Source: Utricularia gibba (taxonomy: Eukaryota > Plantae > Magnoliophyta). From it: DNA of 64,000 bases. Position 1 is the stretch's first letter. Each line of letters starts with the position of its first letter. Position numbers and translations under genes: made by a program. The stretch spans positions 5,456,001 to 5,520,000 of the forward strand of contig NEEC01000004.1 of assembly GCA_002189035.1 (NCBI GenBank), in the 5' to 3' direction. Under the pieces are notes generated by a model. That model was not told the origin of the DNA, searched no databases, and saw nothing but the letters and a program-made list of their open reading frames with translations. Positions 1-13,125 of the stretch are shown here, piece after piece.

Positions 1-125
1 TTTCAAGTCAACTGTTGTACACCAGTACACACTCCTACGCCCAAAAGAATTTTGGCCAACGAGAGAAGAGGTAAGCCATTCAACAGGCATGAACTCTGTA
101 TTAAAGTTTACTTGTACATAGACAA

Positions 126-3100
126 TCACAAGTCTATGTATATCACAAGTGGTTCATTTCCCTGTTCAACAACAAAGGTCTTGAGCACCTTCCCAGTCGG
201 GAGATCAACACGTGCTTCATATGATCCAAGGAATCCCCGAAAGGCAACCTGGCCTTCTTCGTCAGAGCATCCTTGAATATGAGTAGACCATTCCTTTTTC
301 AGGGCGATGAGTCTTCTACCAGCTTCGTTGATATCTCCTTCAGCGTTCACTAGGTGAGCATTTTGCCTGCTCATGCACAACTCCCAGAATCCCCACAGCA
401 CGACACCGCCAACAGCAGGGTGTGCAAAAGATTCACGGAGCATAACTTCAAGATCATCAGCTCTTATGTATTCATTGTCTGAAGCAACATCAAGCTCTGT
501 GAACCAGATCGGAAGGCCAAGAGTAGATAATTTATCCAGTGCAGAGCATACTATGGAGCCAATTGGAGAGCTTGTATGCCCCTGTATACCTATTCCTCCA
601 ACTGGCGCACCCTGTCCTTGCAGGCTTAGAATATGCTCAGTGTACTTCTCAGGTGATGATCTTGCGTCAAATCCATCCTCGATATTGTAATCGTTCACGA
701 AAAGTGTTGCCGAGGGGTCCATCACACTTGCCCTCTTGAACATGGTAGCCCTGATTTCATCTCCGAGATGATCTTTGAAGAAGGAACCATGCAGCATCTC
801 ATTGTTTACATCATAGTGCTTGAAATTTCCCGTGTACTTGGTAAGCAGGCTACTTAACCGGTTTTCGACTGCTGACATCATGTCGTTTTTGTTCAAACTA
901 CGCACCCATGAAGGAACAGCTGATTCCACCTCCCAGAAGATGCAGTGGCCCCTAAGTTGAATGCCATGCGCGTTGCACAACTTCAACAAGTCATCAGCAT
1001 CTCTGTAATTCAAGTTCCCCTGCTGTGGCTCTGTCCAATACCATTTCAACTCGTTTTCAAATACTCCCCAGTTGAATGTCTTGGTGAAAAACTCGACATT
1101 CTCTTCATTATCTATGTAAGTCCTGTTAATGCATGACCCGATTGGGAAACTACTTTGAGTTTGCCTAATCTTCAATGAAATTCCCAGCAGTTTGGTGGGA
1201 TCAGGCGCTCTCAGCTTCAAGATAACATCACGCTTCCTTATCTGCAACATGTAAAGCTAAGAACTTGAGCTACTCTTAACGCATACAACGAGCAAAATCA
1301 AAATCATACCATGTTGATCTGCTTTGTTAGTTTTCGGTATCTCAGGCGTCGATCAACAGGAAAGATTTGAAGGCCAGCAAGCATTAAGTCAACACCAGGA
1401 TCAGGGCCCTGCGCATAGACCATTATCTTTGATGGTAGCTTCTCAATCCTGAAGGATCCCCCAATCTCATGCCATCTTCCATCATTACCACACTCAACTT
1501 GACCTCCATTGACCCATTGAGAATCAACATCCAGAGCAATATTAATGTTTTGAGCTCTCGTTGCCTGATTTCCAATCCGAACCCATGCAGACACTTGATA
1601 TGTCAAGTAAGGTTTCACCTTTTCAGTGATCATCTGAGCAGGGCCCATCCACGTCTGTGTACGATGTGTTACGAGTATGTAACGACCACTTAAAGGTTCA
1701 AGGACTCCGAGGGAATCTCTAGCCATCGGAGGAGCAACATGTGGGGAACCGCTTTGAGCACTAAGAGTGCAATCTCCCAAGGGGAACCATCCATTTGTTC
1801 CATCATAGAGATCGGAGTTAACAATGATATTGACACCAAAATCAACATTCTGGGGCCAAAGAGAAAGAGCAAGCATATCTCTTGATTAAATAAATCAAAG
1901 GATTATTCACTTTCATACAGGGTATAAGGCAACCATCTAACTATGTACCTCTGTGCCTGGGGGAGGCGGTGGAGGAACCTTTGCTGCGTGCTTTATGATG
2001 AGATTATTGAGGAGAATGTCGGTTCCTGGAGGAGGGCCTTCTAAGAAAACAACTGCCCGTGAAGGAGAACCATTTATTAGGAACTTTCCTTGCAACTGAA
2101 CCCAATCTTTGTCTGTCGCCTGGACACTAAAATGAAAGTGAAATCATCATTTTGTCTCTCTTCAAACTAAATAAGCAATGGTTCACTAAAAGGCAATGAT
2201 TGTTACTGTTATGAAGTTTTTTGAGAGAATGCAACTTACCTCGCGATACCAATGTATTGTTCACGGTCACCGACCTTCAGCCAAAGTGTAGCTCTGACAT
2301 CTGAACTGGTTATGTTATCACCGAATAGCCTGACAGTGGCAAGGAACTCATAAGCAAGTTTCCGCTGAACTCTCCCACTTATCTCCTGCTGTATTCCATT
2401 CCAGTTCTGAGACCGATTAGCTGTTGATATGAAAAACTTCCCAGTCTTTGGTATCACTCTGCCCTCTGCCATAGAATCGTGCAACACAACACTGCAACCT
2501 CTTCCAGACCAAGAGTTAAGGCCATCATCAAATTGTGGATTCTGAACTATGTTCCCATCTCCATCCCTTACACTTCTCCTGTGACTACAGGAGATCACCA
2601 CCGATCGTATTAACAGGTCGATTCCAGTAGAAGGCCCTTCGAGGTAAAATATTGATCGTCGAGGAGGGGTGTCCAAAGAAAATTTTCCTTCTACCTTTTC
2701 CCACCGATCCATTGCTGCACAAGTCCTGCCTTAGGTGTGATAGATCAAGATCTTTTCACAAAGAAACAAAGAAAACCAGAAAGTTGTGAACTTTACCTTC
2801 CAATAAATACGTAGTCAATTGAACCATCTTGTCTTTCAAGTTTCAAAGTTGCTAACACTTCTTGAGCACCATGAGAGGAATCCCCTGATATTGCTACCCA
2901 AGCACATACTGAGTAACTTGAACTTATGGTAACCCTGTCAGTGATGTCTTGTTCCAGTCCTTGCCAACACTCTTTCCGGTTTGTGACCACCGCAAAACGG
3001 CCTTGTAACTTTGATGGATGTTCCTCAGAGACTATGTAGGCATCACAACAATTGGGATGCCATGAATCAAGCCCTCCAGAAAAGTCATGGTTAAGTATGA

Positions 3101-3539
3101 TATTTTTAGATACCGTGCTGCTTGAATCGTTTAAATCCTCATTTGAGCTCTGCAATACAAGCCATAAACTACTTGACATAACTTATAAAGTTCACCAAAA
3201 GACACTTGTAAGTCATCGTGAAATACTTGGGTGTGCTTGGACTACTTCGAGCAAAACGCATATTAACATATATAAATCTTTATCAGCTTCGGGCCATGAA
3301 ACAAAAAAACTGAGCACAGCAAAGAATGTTTCATTTCTTCACCTCAGGATGGAGCCTCGTATCCTCATTGCTAATCACCGTGTCCTCCAATCCGTCTCTC
3401 GGTTCCTAGAACAAGATTCCCGTTAGGTAAATAGGCATCGAAAACTTGAAAAAACAGGACAAGTCGGCAAATTCCAAAACATCTCCATCACCTCCGACTG
3501 ATGATGTATATCTGCGCTGCTCGTGTGTGGCTTCTCCAT
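126..3539 (-). CDS. Endo-1,4-beta-xylanase (GH10) with three N-terminal CBM22/CBM4_9 modules, multi-exon
   Basis: ORF 126-1250 has GH10 motifs (LRGHCIFWE, HYDVNNEMLH, LFVNDYN, WFTELD). ORFs 2793-3179, 2236-2712 and 1304-1876 each carry a CBM22 repeat (NIILNHDFSGGL, NIVQNPQFDDGL, NIIVNSDLYDGT). GT-AG introns join them. The start ATG at 3539 (MEKPHTSS) is inferred from splice sites. Confidence 0.9.
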
Positions 3540-4510
3540 AATGCCCTTTGAAAGCTAAACCAAGAAACAAACACTAATCATATCCAATCAAGCTAAAGCA
3601 ACAAATTAATATTAGATCATCACTCTTGAATGTGGGCTTCTGTCTAAAGATCCACAGATTGAAAAACAATTTAAACATCGGGTCATCATATATACTGCTG
3701 CCGGCCCTCGGAGATCCCTTTAAAGTGAAACCTAAGAAATGGGTTGACCATTCTTCAAACACGAGCAAAAGATCCTGTCTTTCGGTTGGATTGCGACAAC
3801 GGCCGCCACTTCTCCGACCATCTCCAATTAAATGGCTTGAAATTAAACTCAAGATTAAAATAGTGGGCTGTGAAGATAAAGAAATTTTTGTTGGTGGGTT
3901 TAGTTTCTTAGGAGTGCAGATTAATCTTAGCCAAAATGCTGAAGGAACATGGATTACAACCAAAGACAGCATCTTCCGCTCCCCCATTTCCCACTCTTTA
4001 CTAATTTCTATACCTTTCTCTCCGTCTCGGACATTAAAATGGGAAAGAAGAATCATTTCATAATATATAGGGATTTGACTTTCAGTGGCGCCTCTGGATA
4101 GGTCCAGCACCATGCCACATCGAGTGTATAACCTTTCATACCTTATGAAAGTAATACAAATTTTTGTCTCCTCCAGGCATCGAGAAGAGGATCATGCTAC
4201 CACTGGAGGAATTCGTACATTCATCATCACATAGCCTCCTGAGCTAACAACATTCATTGCCTTTCCTGAGGAGATTTTGTTGTAACCGCAGAAATTCGTA
4301 TATTTTCAACAAGGAATTGGTCACATTACCACATGCATGCAATCACAGCAAATAGGAATCAACAAATCATAAAGAAGCCGTTGCTTGCAAACCAAACAAA
4401 GGTCATGTTTCGGTGCCTCGCTGATGATAGCTGCAGCAATTCTGATCTGATGGTGAGACGAGAGCTCGAGGCCACATCATTTTTTGAGCAGATGAAAAAT
4501 ATGATGATGG

Positions 4511-6112
4511 CTATGTCCTTGAGTTTTTCATGGCAATGCCTTCTAGGCATTCAACAACATCCGACATTGCAGGCCGTTTCTTGGGGTCTATTTCAAGGCA
4601 TCTGAGAGCCAGATGAGCAGCCTCAAATGCTGCCTTGGGTGAATACTGCCCTTCCATTTGTTCATCAATTATGAACTTCAGATTCCGTTTCTGCCGGAGA
4701 AGTGGTTTCATCCAACTGACCAAGCTCTGCTTCTCGTGGTGGCGTCTTCTGTCAAGTGCCCTCAAGCCTGTCATCATTTCAAGAAGCACCACTCCGAAGC
4801 CATACACATCACTCTTGACGGATAGACGACCTGTATGTGCAGGTCATCAGCCCCATGGTTTTACATCTTCGAAGGGTGATGATAGGGTCTCACCTGTGCT
4901 AACATACTCCGGGGCAGCATACCCCGGTGTTCCCATGACTTGACTCGTTACATGAGAACCTGATGGCGCCAGTCTTGCCAACCCAAAATCTGATATTTTT
5001 GCATTGTAACTCTACGTGTAAAAGATAGACAGGGAATAGTTGAGAATAGAAAAAAGAGGAAGAATGCTCCTTGGGGCCTGTCTCTTGTGGGGAAAAACAA
5101 TACCTCGTCTAGGAGAATGTTGGACGTCTTGAAATCACGGTATATGACTTCCATCCCTGAATTGTGTAAAAAAGCCAATCCCCTTGCAGCCCCTATAGCG
5201 ATCTTAAGTCGTAAATCCCATGAGAGTGGTTCGAGCCCAGCATTCCCTGAGTAACGAACAAAAAAAGGTTGCGAATGAACCCAGCCGATCAAGATAGGAT
5301 TCCTGGATTCTCCAGGTGCAAAAAATACATACTTTTAAAAAGATGATTCTCGAGGCTTCCTTTCTCAACATACTCATACACAAGTATGAGCTCCTTGTGT
5401 TCCCAACAGAAGCCTAATAGCTTCACCAAGTTAGGATGCGACAACATTCCGAGAAAGTTCACTTCAGACTGCATGTTCACATAAAGCAGTTTGTAGCATC
5501 AAGGTATGCTCGTGATTAGCAAATCTCCAATCCCAACAAGACACACACTATACACCTGACACTTATTCCCAAGCCTAAGTACAAATCCTTCGCCTGTAAA
5601 ATTCACAGCTATAACATTGCGAAAACTTAAACGAATAAAAGTACCTGCCATTCTTCAAACCCCTGCAAACTTCTAGGATTCAACTTCTTGATAGCAACCA
5701 TCATTCCAGTTCCAAGTCTAGATGATGGCATGAGGGTTTTCTGATCTACCCATCCCCTGTAAACAGTGCCAAAACCACCCACTCCCAACACCATAATCGG
5801 ATTGAAGTTCCCAGACGCAATCTCTAACTCTTCAAAGCTATAAATTTTCAAACTCAGAGTAGCGGATTCTTCCCCTGCCAAGTCTATATCAATAACTGAA
5901 CCATCAAAATATCTGCTGCTGTTGCCTGAAACTGGCGGACTCTGTCTTCCCCTTCCCCCAAAGCTGTAATTACGAGATACCCCTGAAACACAAAAGGGCC
6001 ATATAATCTCAATTGTTATGAACCAGAAGGAACTGAACCCTGAGCTAAAACTATGAGTACCTACGGCAGACGCTATTACGGAAGATTCCAGAGCTCCGGA
6101 GCAATTTCCCAT
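4511..6112 (-). CDS. Receptor-like cytoplasmic Ser/Thr kinase (RLCK-VII/PBL family), 6 exons
   Basis: MGNC acylation motif, [41 protein letters not shown] spliced all exons manually in frame with GT-AG introns. Confidence 0.93.
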
Positions 6113-7414
6113 AACTGAAGCTTGTCTTTTTGACTAGTCCTCTAGTTAGAACTAAAAACCCAACAAAGTTTCCCTTCCAGGAATCCTCGAAGCGGAAAAG
6201 ACGATGAATATTCTTCCAGAAAACGACATCAAACGTTAACACTTGTAAAAATGTGAACCCACGTCGAATCGGAATCATATCCAGAGCCGACCCCGGTTAC
6301 TAGGCAACACGGGAGGGAAGACTTTTCAGTTTCCTGTCAAAGTAACTCTAGAAGTCATTTTTTTAAATATTCGTTATTGGGCTATTGTGATGGGCCCGAT
6401 GTTTGGTTACTGAGCTAATAACCCTTTACCGATGAGCCCAATGCGTTGGGTCTTCGGTCTATATATGCGTACAAATAATAATTAGTTTATTTTCAAATGC
6501 AAAAAGAAACCCGCAAGTAAAGAATTCCTGGTTGGCCGGCCACTGGCGGCAGAACCCAATTGCATCACGGTATCCAGCTCCGACGTGCATTGGAGACTCA
6601 ATGTAGGAGGTGCATATCTTTCTATCATCAATCCCTAAGTACCAAATCAATCGGACATTTGAACTCGCAGATCAGATCCAACGACGCTTGGACCGCTCCC
6701 TGGTAGCTATCTGGATGTCAACATTCCGTCGGTTCGTTATCGTATCCAACTTCGCTACTCCTTTTTTGATATAATGCACGTGAAATCTGCCCGGCTGCGC
6801 TGGGAAATTGGAGTTGTTCCTGAACTCCTCCTTGAAGGTGCATACTGATTGCGCTTCAGTTTTCATGTTCTCCGTTTCCGTTTCTGTACTTCGGAGTAGT
6901 TATTCCGAGAGAGAAGGTAACCGTTACTGAAAACTATGAACTCATGTCTCTATCGCCTGCTCCAATAAGCTTTCTGGTCTTCTTGCCTCCATTTTTCACC
7001 TCTGAAGAAACCGAAATCTATGCTGCATTTTTTTCACTTCTGAAGGGAAAAAAAAGGTTCTTTTTGTTTTTTTTTTAATTCTTTAGGTAAAGAAATACTA
7101 TCTCTGAGTACTAGGGATTTGTTGTAACTTTAAATTTGAAATTTGCTTTAAAATTTTTTAATTTCTGTTTAATTTACAAAAAGATCTTACACGTGTGCAA
7201 AAATCGCAATGGGAATGGTTATTATCCCTTTACTGCCCATGTCCAATGGCATGGTGCCACGTAAGCCAAGGTGTCACTTATGGAAAGTCTGCTTCTACTT
7301 TCTTTCTTCTGGCGTGCTTTCCCGACTCATGCGAATGTCTGCATCTTCACATCAGCCACTCGTCTTTAAAGGCTCCCTAGAGGATCGAACACAGAGATAG
7401 CAGCTGACCGAACA

Positions 7415-9495
7415 ATGGGTTTCTGGTCTCTGTTGGAAGTTTCTTCAATGCCAATGTTGCAGGTCATAGTGATCGGCCTGTTGGGAGCTTTTATGGCGAC
7501 CGATCATCTCGATCTTCTTTCGGCAGACGCCCGTAAATCACTGAACAAAGTAAGCGATTATCAGTTACTCGAGACTAATCGTTCGTGAAGATGTAATAGA
7601 ACTATATCAGTTTCGACAAAACTCTTATGGACATCTATTTCAGATCGTGTTTGCTGTCTTCACTCCCTCCTTGTGTTTTGCGAGTTTAGCATCGACAGTT
7701 CAGCTTAAAGACATAATCTCATGGTAGACTTTTGTTCCATGTCATGCGTTCGTGAAGTTGGTTTTGCAATAGGAGAGACGTTGAAGAGGATTGTACAGAT
7801 TTTTCCTTTTCTTTGTCATTCATCAGATTGAAATCTGCAGGTGGTTTATGCCTGTAAACATTGGGATAACATTTTTGGTTGGAGGGACTTTTGGATGGAT
7901 AGCTATGAAAATAATCAGACCAAAACCGTATCTCCAAAGCCTCATAATTGCAATGTGCGCAACAGGTAATGCGTGCTACTTCTCTAATTTTGTATTTGTG
8001 TACATTACATTTGAATTGCAGATTGCTTTTTGTCTGGGAAATGAACAGGAAACTTGGGAAATATTCTGTTGATCATAATCCCTGCTATTTGCAATGAAAG
8101 TGGGAGCCCGTTTGGTGAAAAGAGTGTCTGCAGCAGCGCTGGATTCTCATATGTTTCCTTCTCCTTGGCAGTACGTTTTACTTATTTATTTTTTTTGTGC
8201 TTACCCTTTTAGTGTATTCACTATCACTAAAGTTCAAGTTCGTGCGTATTAGATTATGATTTGACTTGTTTTTTAAACTTGGCGATCAACAGATAGGAGC
8301 TTTCTATGTATGGACTTATGCTTTTCACTTGATACGAAGAGCCTCCGAGCAATATAATGCTATGCTTTTGGATGAGGAGAAGGACAAGGAGCCTTGCAGA
8401 GATTCAGAGGCCAGCGAGAAAGCTCCTCTTCTGGCTGAACAAGTTCACATAGTAGTCGGCTCAACCAGCGGCCTAAATGACAACATTCAGCAATCAGTAA
8501 GCTCTTTTTATAGAGCTTTTGTTACCAATATTTGTATCACAATAAATAAATATACGGTGTTATAGACATAATCTTCATTAGATTCTGAATTTCCTTCCTT
8601 TTCTACGTTTCGTGTCAATGTAAGAGAACTTTGGGGAAAGCGGTACATGGAGTTCTGCATCAGATTCTGAAGGAGCTCAAGTCACCTCCCATTTTTTCAT
8701 CTGTAAGTTCTTAATAAATAGTCGGAAATATTACAAAGATTTCAATGCAGAAAGCACTGCAGGTCATTGGTTTCATAGTCGGGGCAGTTCCATGGGTTAG
8801 GACCCTCATCATAGGCGACGATGCTCCTCTAAGAGTCCTGTACGACTGCGCAAAGTTGCTCGGGTAAGAAAATCTAGAAAGGGTGACTGTTTAAAACAAG
8901 AGGTGCATTTGACATGATCTTTGTGGAAGAGCTTAAGTCACCTTCCACTTTGCAGAGACGGAACCATCCCCTGCATCACCTTGATTCTGGGAGGCAACTT
9001 AACCCAAGGTACCAAAAAAATGTCTTGACAAGCATTCTCATACAGAGCCTTCCTCACTCTCGAATGTGACCCCAAAGGCTTACAATGATAAAAACTACAA
9101 TGCAGGGATGAGAAAGGCGCAGGTGAGTGTATGGATGGCGATGGCGGTGATCGTCGTGAGATACGTAATACTGCCGGTGGTCGGAATCGGCGTTGTCACC
9201 GGAGCTTCGCGTCTGGGATTCCTGCCCCCCGATCCACTCTTCCATTTCATCCTCATGATTCAGTTCACTCTCCCTCCTGCTATGAATATAAGTAAGTAGA
9301 CTCGCGTCAGTTTTCTCCACAGTTTCTCATTCCTTTAACCTCGTTTGGTATATCATTTACTGCAATGCAGGCACCATGACGCAGCTGTTCGAAGTGGCAC
9401 TAGAAGAGAGCGGGGTTCTGTTTCTGTGGAGCTATTTGGTTGCGGCCTTAGCCATGACCGGATGGTCCACGGTCTTCATGTGGATTTTATCGTAA
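7415..9495 (+). CDS. PILS: PIN-LIKES auxin efflux carrier family protein, 10 exons
   Basis: Starts MGFWSLLEVSSMPMLQVIVIGLLGAFMATDHLDLLSADARKSLNK. Later exons give VFTPSL, WFMPVNIG, GNLGN, DGTIPCITLILGGNL, PPAMNI and GTMTQLF, ending WILS*. The exons splice in frame. Confidence 0.93.
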
Positions 9496-9728
9496 ATGCC
9501 CAACTGCTTTTAGGCATGGCCTTGGATCTATCTCTTATTATGTGCTAATTTTTTTATTACTTGATTCTCTTCAGTTTATGAAGTTTGTGCAGAAACAAAA
9601 AGGGGGAAGCACTCCTCTTCCTCGTCCAGAAGATTGCATGCTCAGATTCACCACATAATTACAACCGATTTACCTAAAATGCGTCTTATTCGTAAAGATG
9701 CCCCCAAGCTGGCTGATGCAGATTCCTC

Positions 9729-10846
9729 TCAACTCTTCTTCACAAATCTTCCCTGCGTGTGCATAACCAGTTCAGTATACATCAACCCAGAAGAAAAGAT
9801 TCCATCACTAGATAAAGAGATTCATTTGAGAGCACCTTGAGTCGAGGGCGTTTCTCAGCGTTTAGCTTTCTAACTTGGTATCGAATTTTCTTGCAGAAAA
9901 GTCTGCTTTGCCTCTTTTCTCTGTACCTCAACACGCTGGCTTCTCTTTGCCCCATCGTCTCCTCTCGGCTTTTCCTGGTGGTATCGCCCTTTTCATTGTT
10001 CCCAACCATTTCTGGAACCGTCCAGTGCCCCACATTGCCTCCCCAGCCCACTCCCTGCAATGCCAACGGTTCAGATCCATGCTGAAAGTTGTGTGTTTGA
10101 ATAAAGATGGAATCTTGAGGAGATTACGCTGATGGTGGAAGTTTCATGGAAAAAGAAGTCATTGTTGATGTCGGGGACGATCTGGGAGCACTCTGAGTAG
10201 ATGTAGAGTGGCCCTTTATTCGACCAGGCGTTCATTATTTCATCGTAGTCCAGTTTCAGCAATGGTCCCTTGGTTGCTTTTCCGCTCCCCGCCGCCTGCC
10301 GCCGCTGAAGATCCACCGCGGAGCTGCTCACTTCCTCCTCTTTGACCTTCCTCTCGACGACCTCCGAGTAACTCACCCACTTCTCCCTACGGAAATCGCG
10401 ATCCCGGCTTCTCATCGCCGTCCGCACCAGCGCTGCGCGCTCCTCTTTATACGACGCTGGGGAGAAATCTCCAACCCTGAACCGGAAATCCAGATGAGTT
10501 AGTCAGCGGATTGTGAAAATTGGCAGATTGGGAAATCGATTTCGTACCTCGAGGCGTTGCTGTTCGCTTGGGAGGAGTTGGATTCCACGGCGGAGCCGTC
10601 GAGCAGGCCATTCAGTGAGGTGGCGCCAGTATCCCCCTCCGAGAACAGAAGGGCTACATTCTTTTCCGCCTCCGTGTCATCAGCTTGCTCCTCCGCGGGA
10701 ACCGGGAAATCACGGAGATCTGGCGCCGCATTCCCATCCCCAGTTTCGCTCTGGGTTGTCTCTTCCGGCGGAAACTGAAGACGAAGGCTGAGAAACTTGG
10801 GCTTCTTCAGCGATCGCCGTGGCTGCGGACGCCGCTTCCTCTTCAT
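9729..10846 (-). CDS. CCT-motif family protein without B-box (COL16/CMF-like)
   Basis: N-terminal [25 protein letters not shown] domain [37 protein letters not shown] and a terminal mini-exon GRFVKKS* at 9729-9752. Confidence 0.88.
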
Positions 10847-11421
10847 CGATTCTCGGATGGAGAAAGCTTGCAAGCAAGTAGATCCAGCAAGTGGGGATTA
10901 GAGCAAGCAAATGGCCCCCGCAGTGGGGGAGAGCTCAGAAAAGGTGCGAGCTTTTTAGGGACACTTCATCCAACGTCATCACACGTACGGAGGAGGAAGA
11001 AGAAGATCAGGTAAGGGGACGCGTGGTGATGAATGATTGGGTGGCGATGAAGATGAGATGGATCTTATTGGTGCGCGTGGATGCGATCCTTTATAAAGGG
11101 GGTTGGGTTAGGTGCATGAATTATCTCTTTGCTGGTTTTAGTTTGTCACGTTTGTTTTTAAGTTTCTTGTCACGTGTTTCCTGATTCAATCATTAAATCA
11201 AACTCCTGTTGACTGGCTGGCAGCAGGACAACACATTAATCCATGAAACTATCATTTCGCACCCCAGCAATCAGCCTTCAGCTCCTCTGCTCTTCCATGT
11301 CGAATGTATGGTGTCTGATGGTTTGTGAGCCAGTCATACGCACGATGGACACACAAAAGCTTGGTTCAAATTCCTCCATTTTCAGCTCGTCTCTGGTGAC
11401 CACGTCCATTTTTCTTCCCCT

Positions 11422-12829
11422 CTACAGTTTATCCAGCCAGTCAAACGCACTGTCCGGTGAGGGAAACTGCAGATCCTGGACATTACAGAAGGAAATGAGC
11501 CTGGAGCGGTCTTCTAAGATTATTGAACAGAATCAAGGGAAGTGATTACATTAAGCTGAAAATCTGGGGGTGTGTCGAAGGCCAAGTTGTAAAGATCAGT
11601 TATCCCACATGAAGCATTCGGATCACTGATGTCATCAGCTGCAGCATCAGAAGTGAAGATCGAGCTTTGAGCAATGCAACTGTTGCATTCCAAGTCATTC
11701 TCTATATGCTCTGCTTCCTGCACCAAGACACACCGAAAATCCATCCATGTCCATATGTGATCCCAAATAGGAAGGTGTGAGGTCAAGAAGCACAAACCTT
11801 GAGTGAATAATCGGCTCGGGGAGGTTCAGGGGTGTTAGTTTTGGGCGTCTGTGGGATTACTTGAAGGCCTCCTTCAGTTTCATGTTCCTCAATAAGTACC
11901 AGAGGAGGTTCAATCTCCTTCTGTGGCTGATAAAAGATTTTCGACACAACATATTCGGAATCCGTTTCGTCTTCAGAGTTTCCCAGATGGTACTGATGCA
12001 TGACCCAGTTGCATTTATCAGGCTTGGATCCCCTCTTGGGTGTTGCATACAGAACCATGATCTTTTTATACCCTTTGAGAACTCCATTCTCCATCACTTG
12101 CTTTGTTTTCCCTGTCTTGTGCCAACGAACCACACCTTCTTCTTGATCTTGAATCTTCCGGCGCTTCCTTTGTCCACTTCCATAGGCGTTACTAATCTTG
12201 TGGAAGAAGTGGATGCTGCTTCCATCCTTCATAGCTCCTGCAATTGAAATCATAAACTGCGGGTTATCTGTATATATATACACACAACATTCGCACCCAT
12301 TTTCACAATGATGGAGCTTTTTTCTTTTTACCAGGAAGATTTTCAGGATGAGTGTAGCAAATCCCTGCATTGTCTTCAAGGGTAGGGATAAACTCATCAA
12401 TGAAGGGATGAGGATCCAATTCCCCCAAGCCATGTTTCGAAGCCAAATGATCCAGCAACTCAACATCAGATGGGCTGAACTTCACCCCAGCTGGAAATCC
12501 AGGCCAATCATCACGCACCTGAACAGCAAGTTCAATGCACATGAAGAAGACATCTACGTAACTCATTCATCTTACCAGTGAACTGAAACAGACAAAATGT
12601 GATCTCACATCATCGTTGTCAATGACGCACTCGCAACTCGGACAGTGCCGCTTCGCTCCGCAGTCTTTGATTTGATCAGCAGGAGGGAGACCCGCGTTCT
12701 TCACTTTCTTCGCAAGCCCCCGACAATCAATCAGCCAAACCCTGCATCGTTCAAGAAAAACCCATTACAGAAAACCTCGAGTTTCCATCGAGAATTACAG
12801 TTTTCCTTGTGTTCTGTATACCTTGCCAT
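11422..12829 (-). CDS. SOG1-clade NAC transcription factor, ANAC044/ANAC085 type
   Basis: Exons give MAR/VWLIDCRGLAKKVKN, CPSC, WPGFPAGVKFSPSD, ICYTHPENLPG, RWHKTGKTK, WVMHQYHLG, FDTPPDFQL and terminal DLQFPSPDSAFDWLDKL*. The short C-terminus fits ANAC044/085 rather than SOG1. Confidence 0.88.
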
Positions 12830-13112
12830 GGATTCAGGGTCTCAAAGAAGCGAGAGAAGAACAAGAATTCACGGTTTTATATGCCCGCGTAGCTTCTTCT
12901 CCACTCAGCTACGCAAAGCACGCTGCCCAAACCGGGCGGGAACTTGAAGTGCCTGACAGTACCCGAGCCTAACCATTTAAAATAATAATCAAACTGATTT
13001 GAGTGTAAAATTAGAGAATAGATGGTTGTTGTGGGACCGAGGCTTGTCCGAAGCAAACTCCGAACCTCGGACCGCGTAGAGAAAGGAGGGAGTCTAGCTG
13101 GGAACGCAAAGA

Positions 13113-13125
13113 CTTGCTCCCCAAG
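13113..13125. promoter_or_regulatory. SOG1 consensus site CTT(N)7AAG upstream of the NAC gene
   Basis: CTTgctccccAAG about 285 bp upstream of the NAC ATG. The motif is short and could occur by chance. Confidence 0.35.

Noticed and set aside
3518-3538. miR164-like sequence TGGAGAAGCCACACACGAGCA at the xylanase start (minus strand)
   Set aside because: Five mismatches, no hairpin partner, and explained by the codons ATG GAG AAG C. The same applies to TGGAGAAGCA at ~49589.
3574-4113. Overlapping 179-aa (-) and 145-aa (+) ORFs upstream of the xylanase
   Set aside because: No recognisable domain or motif; most likely 5' UTR, intron or promoter sequence.
10082-10127. Apparent 46-nt in-frame intron in the CCT gene
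   Set aside because: A stronger in-frame acceptor (ttgcag at 10055) gives an ordinary 73-nt intron.
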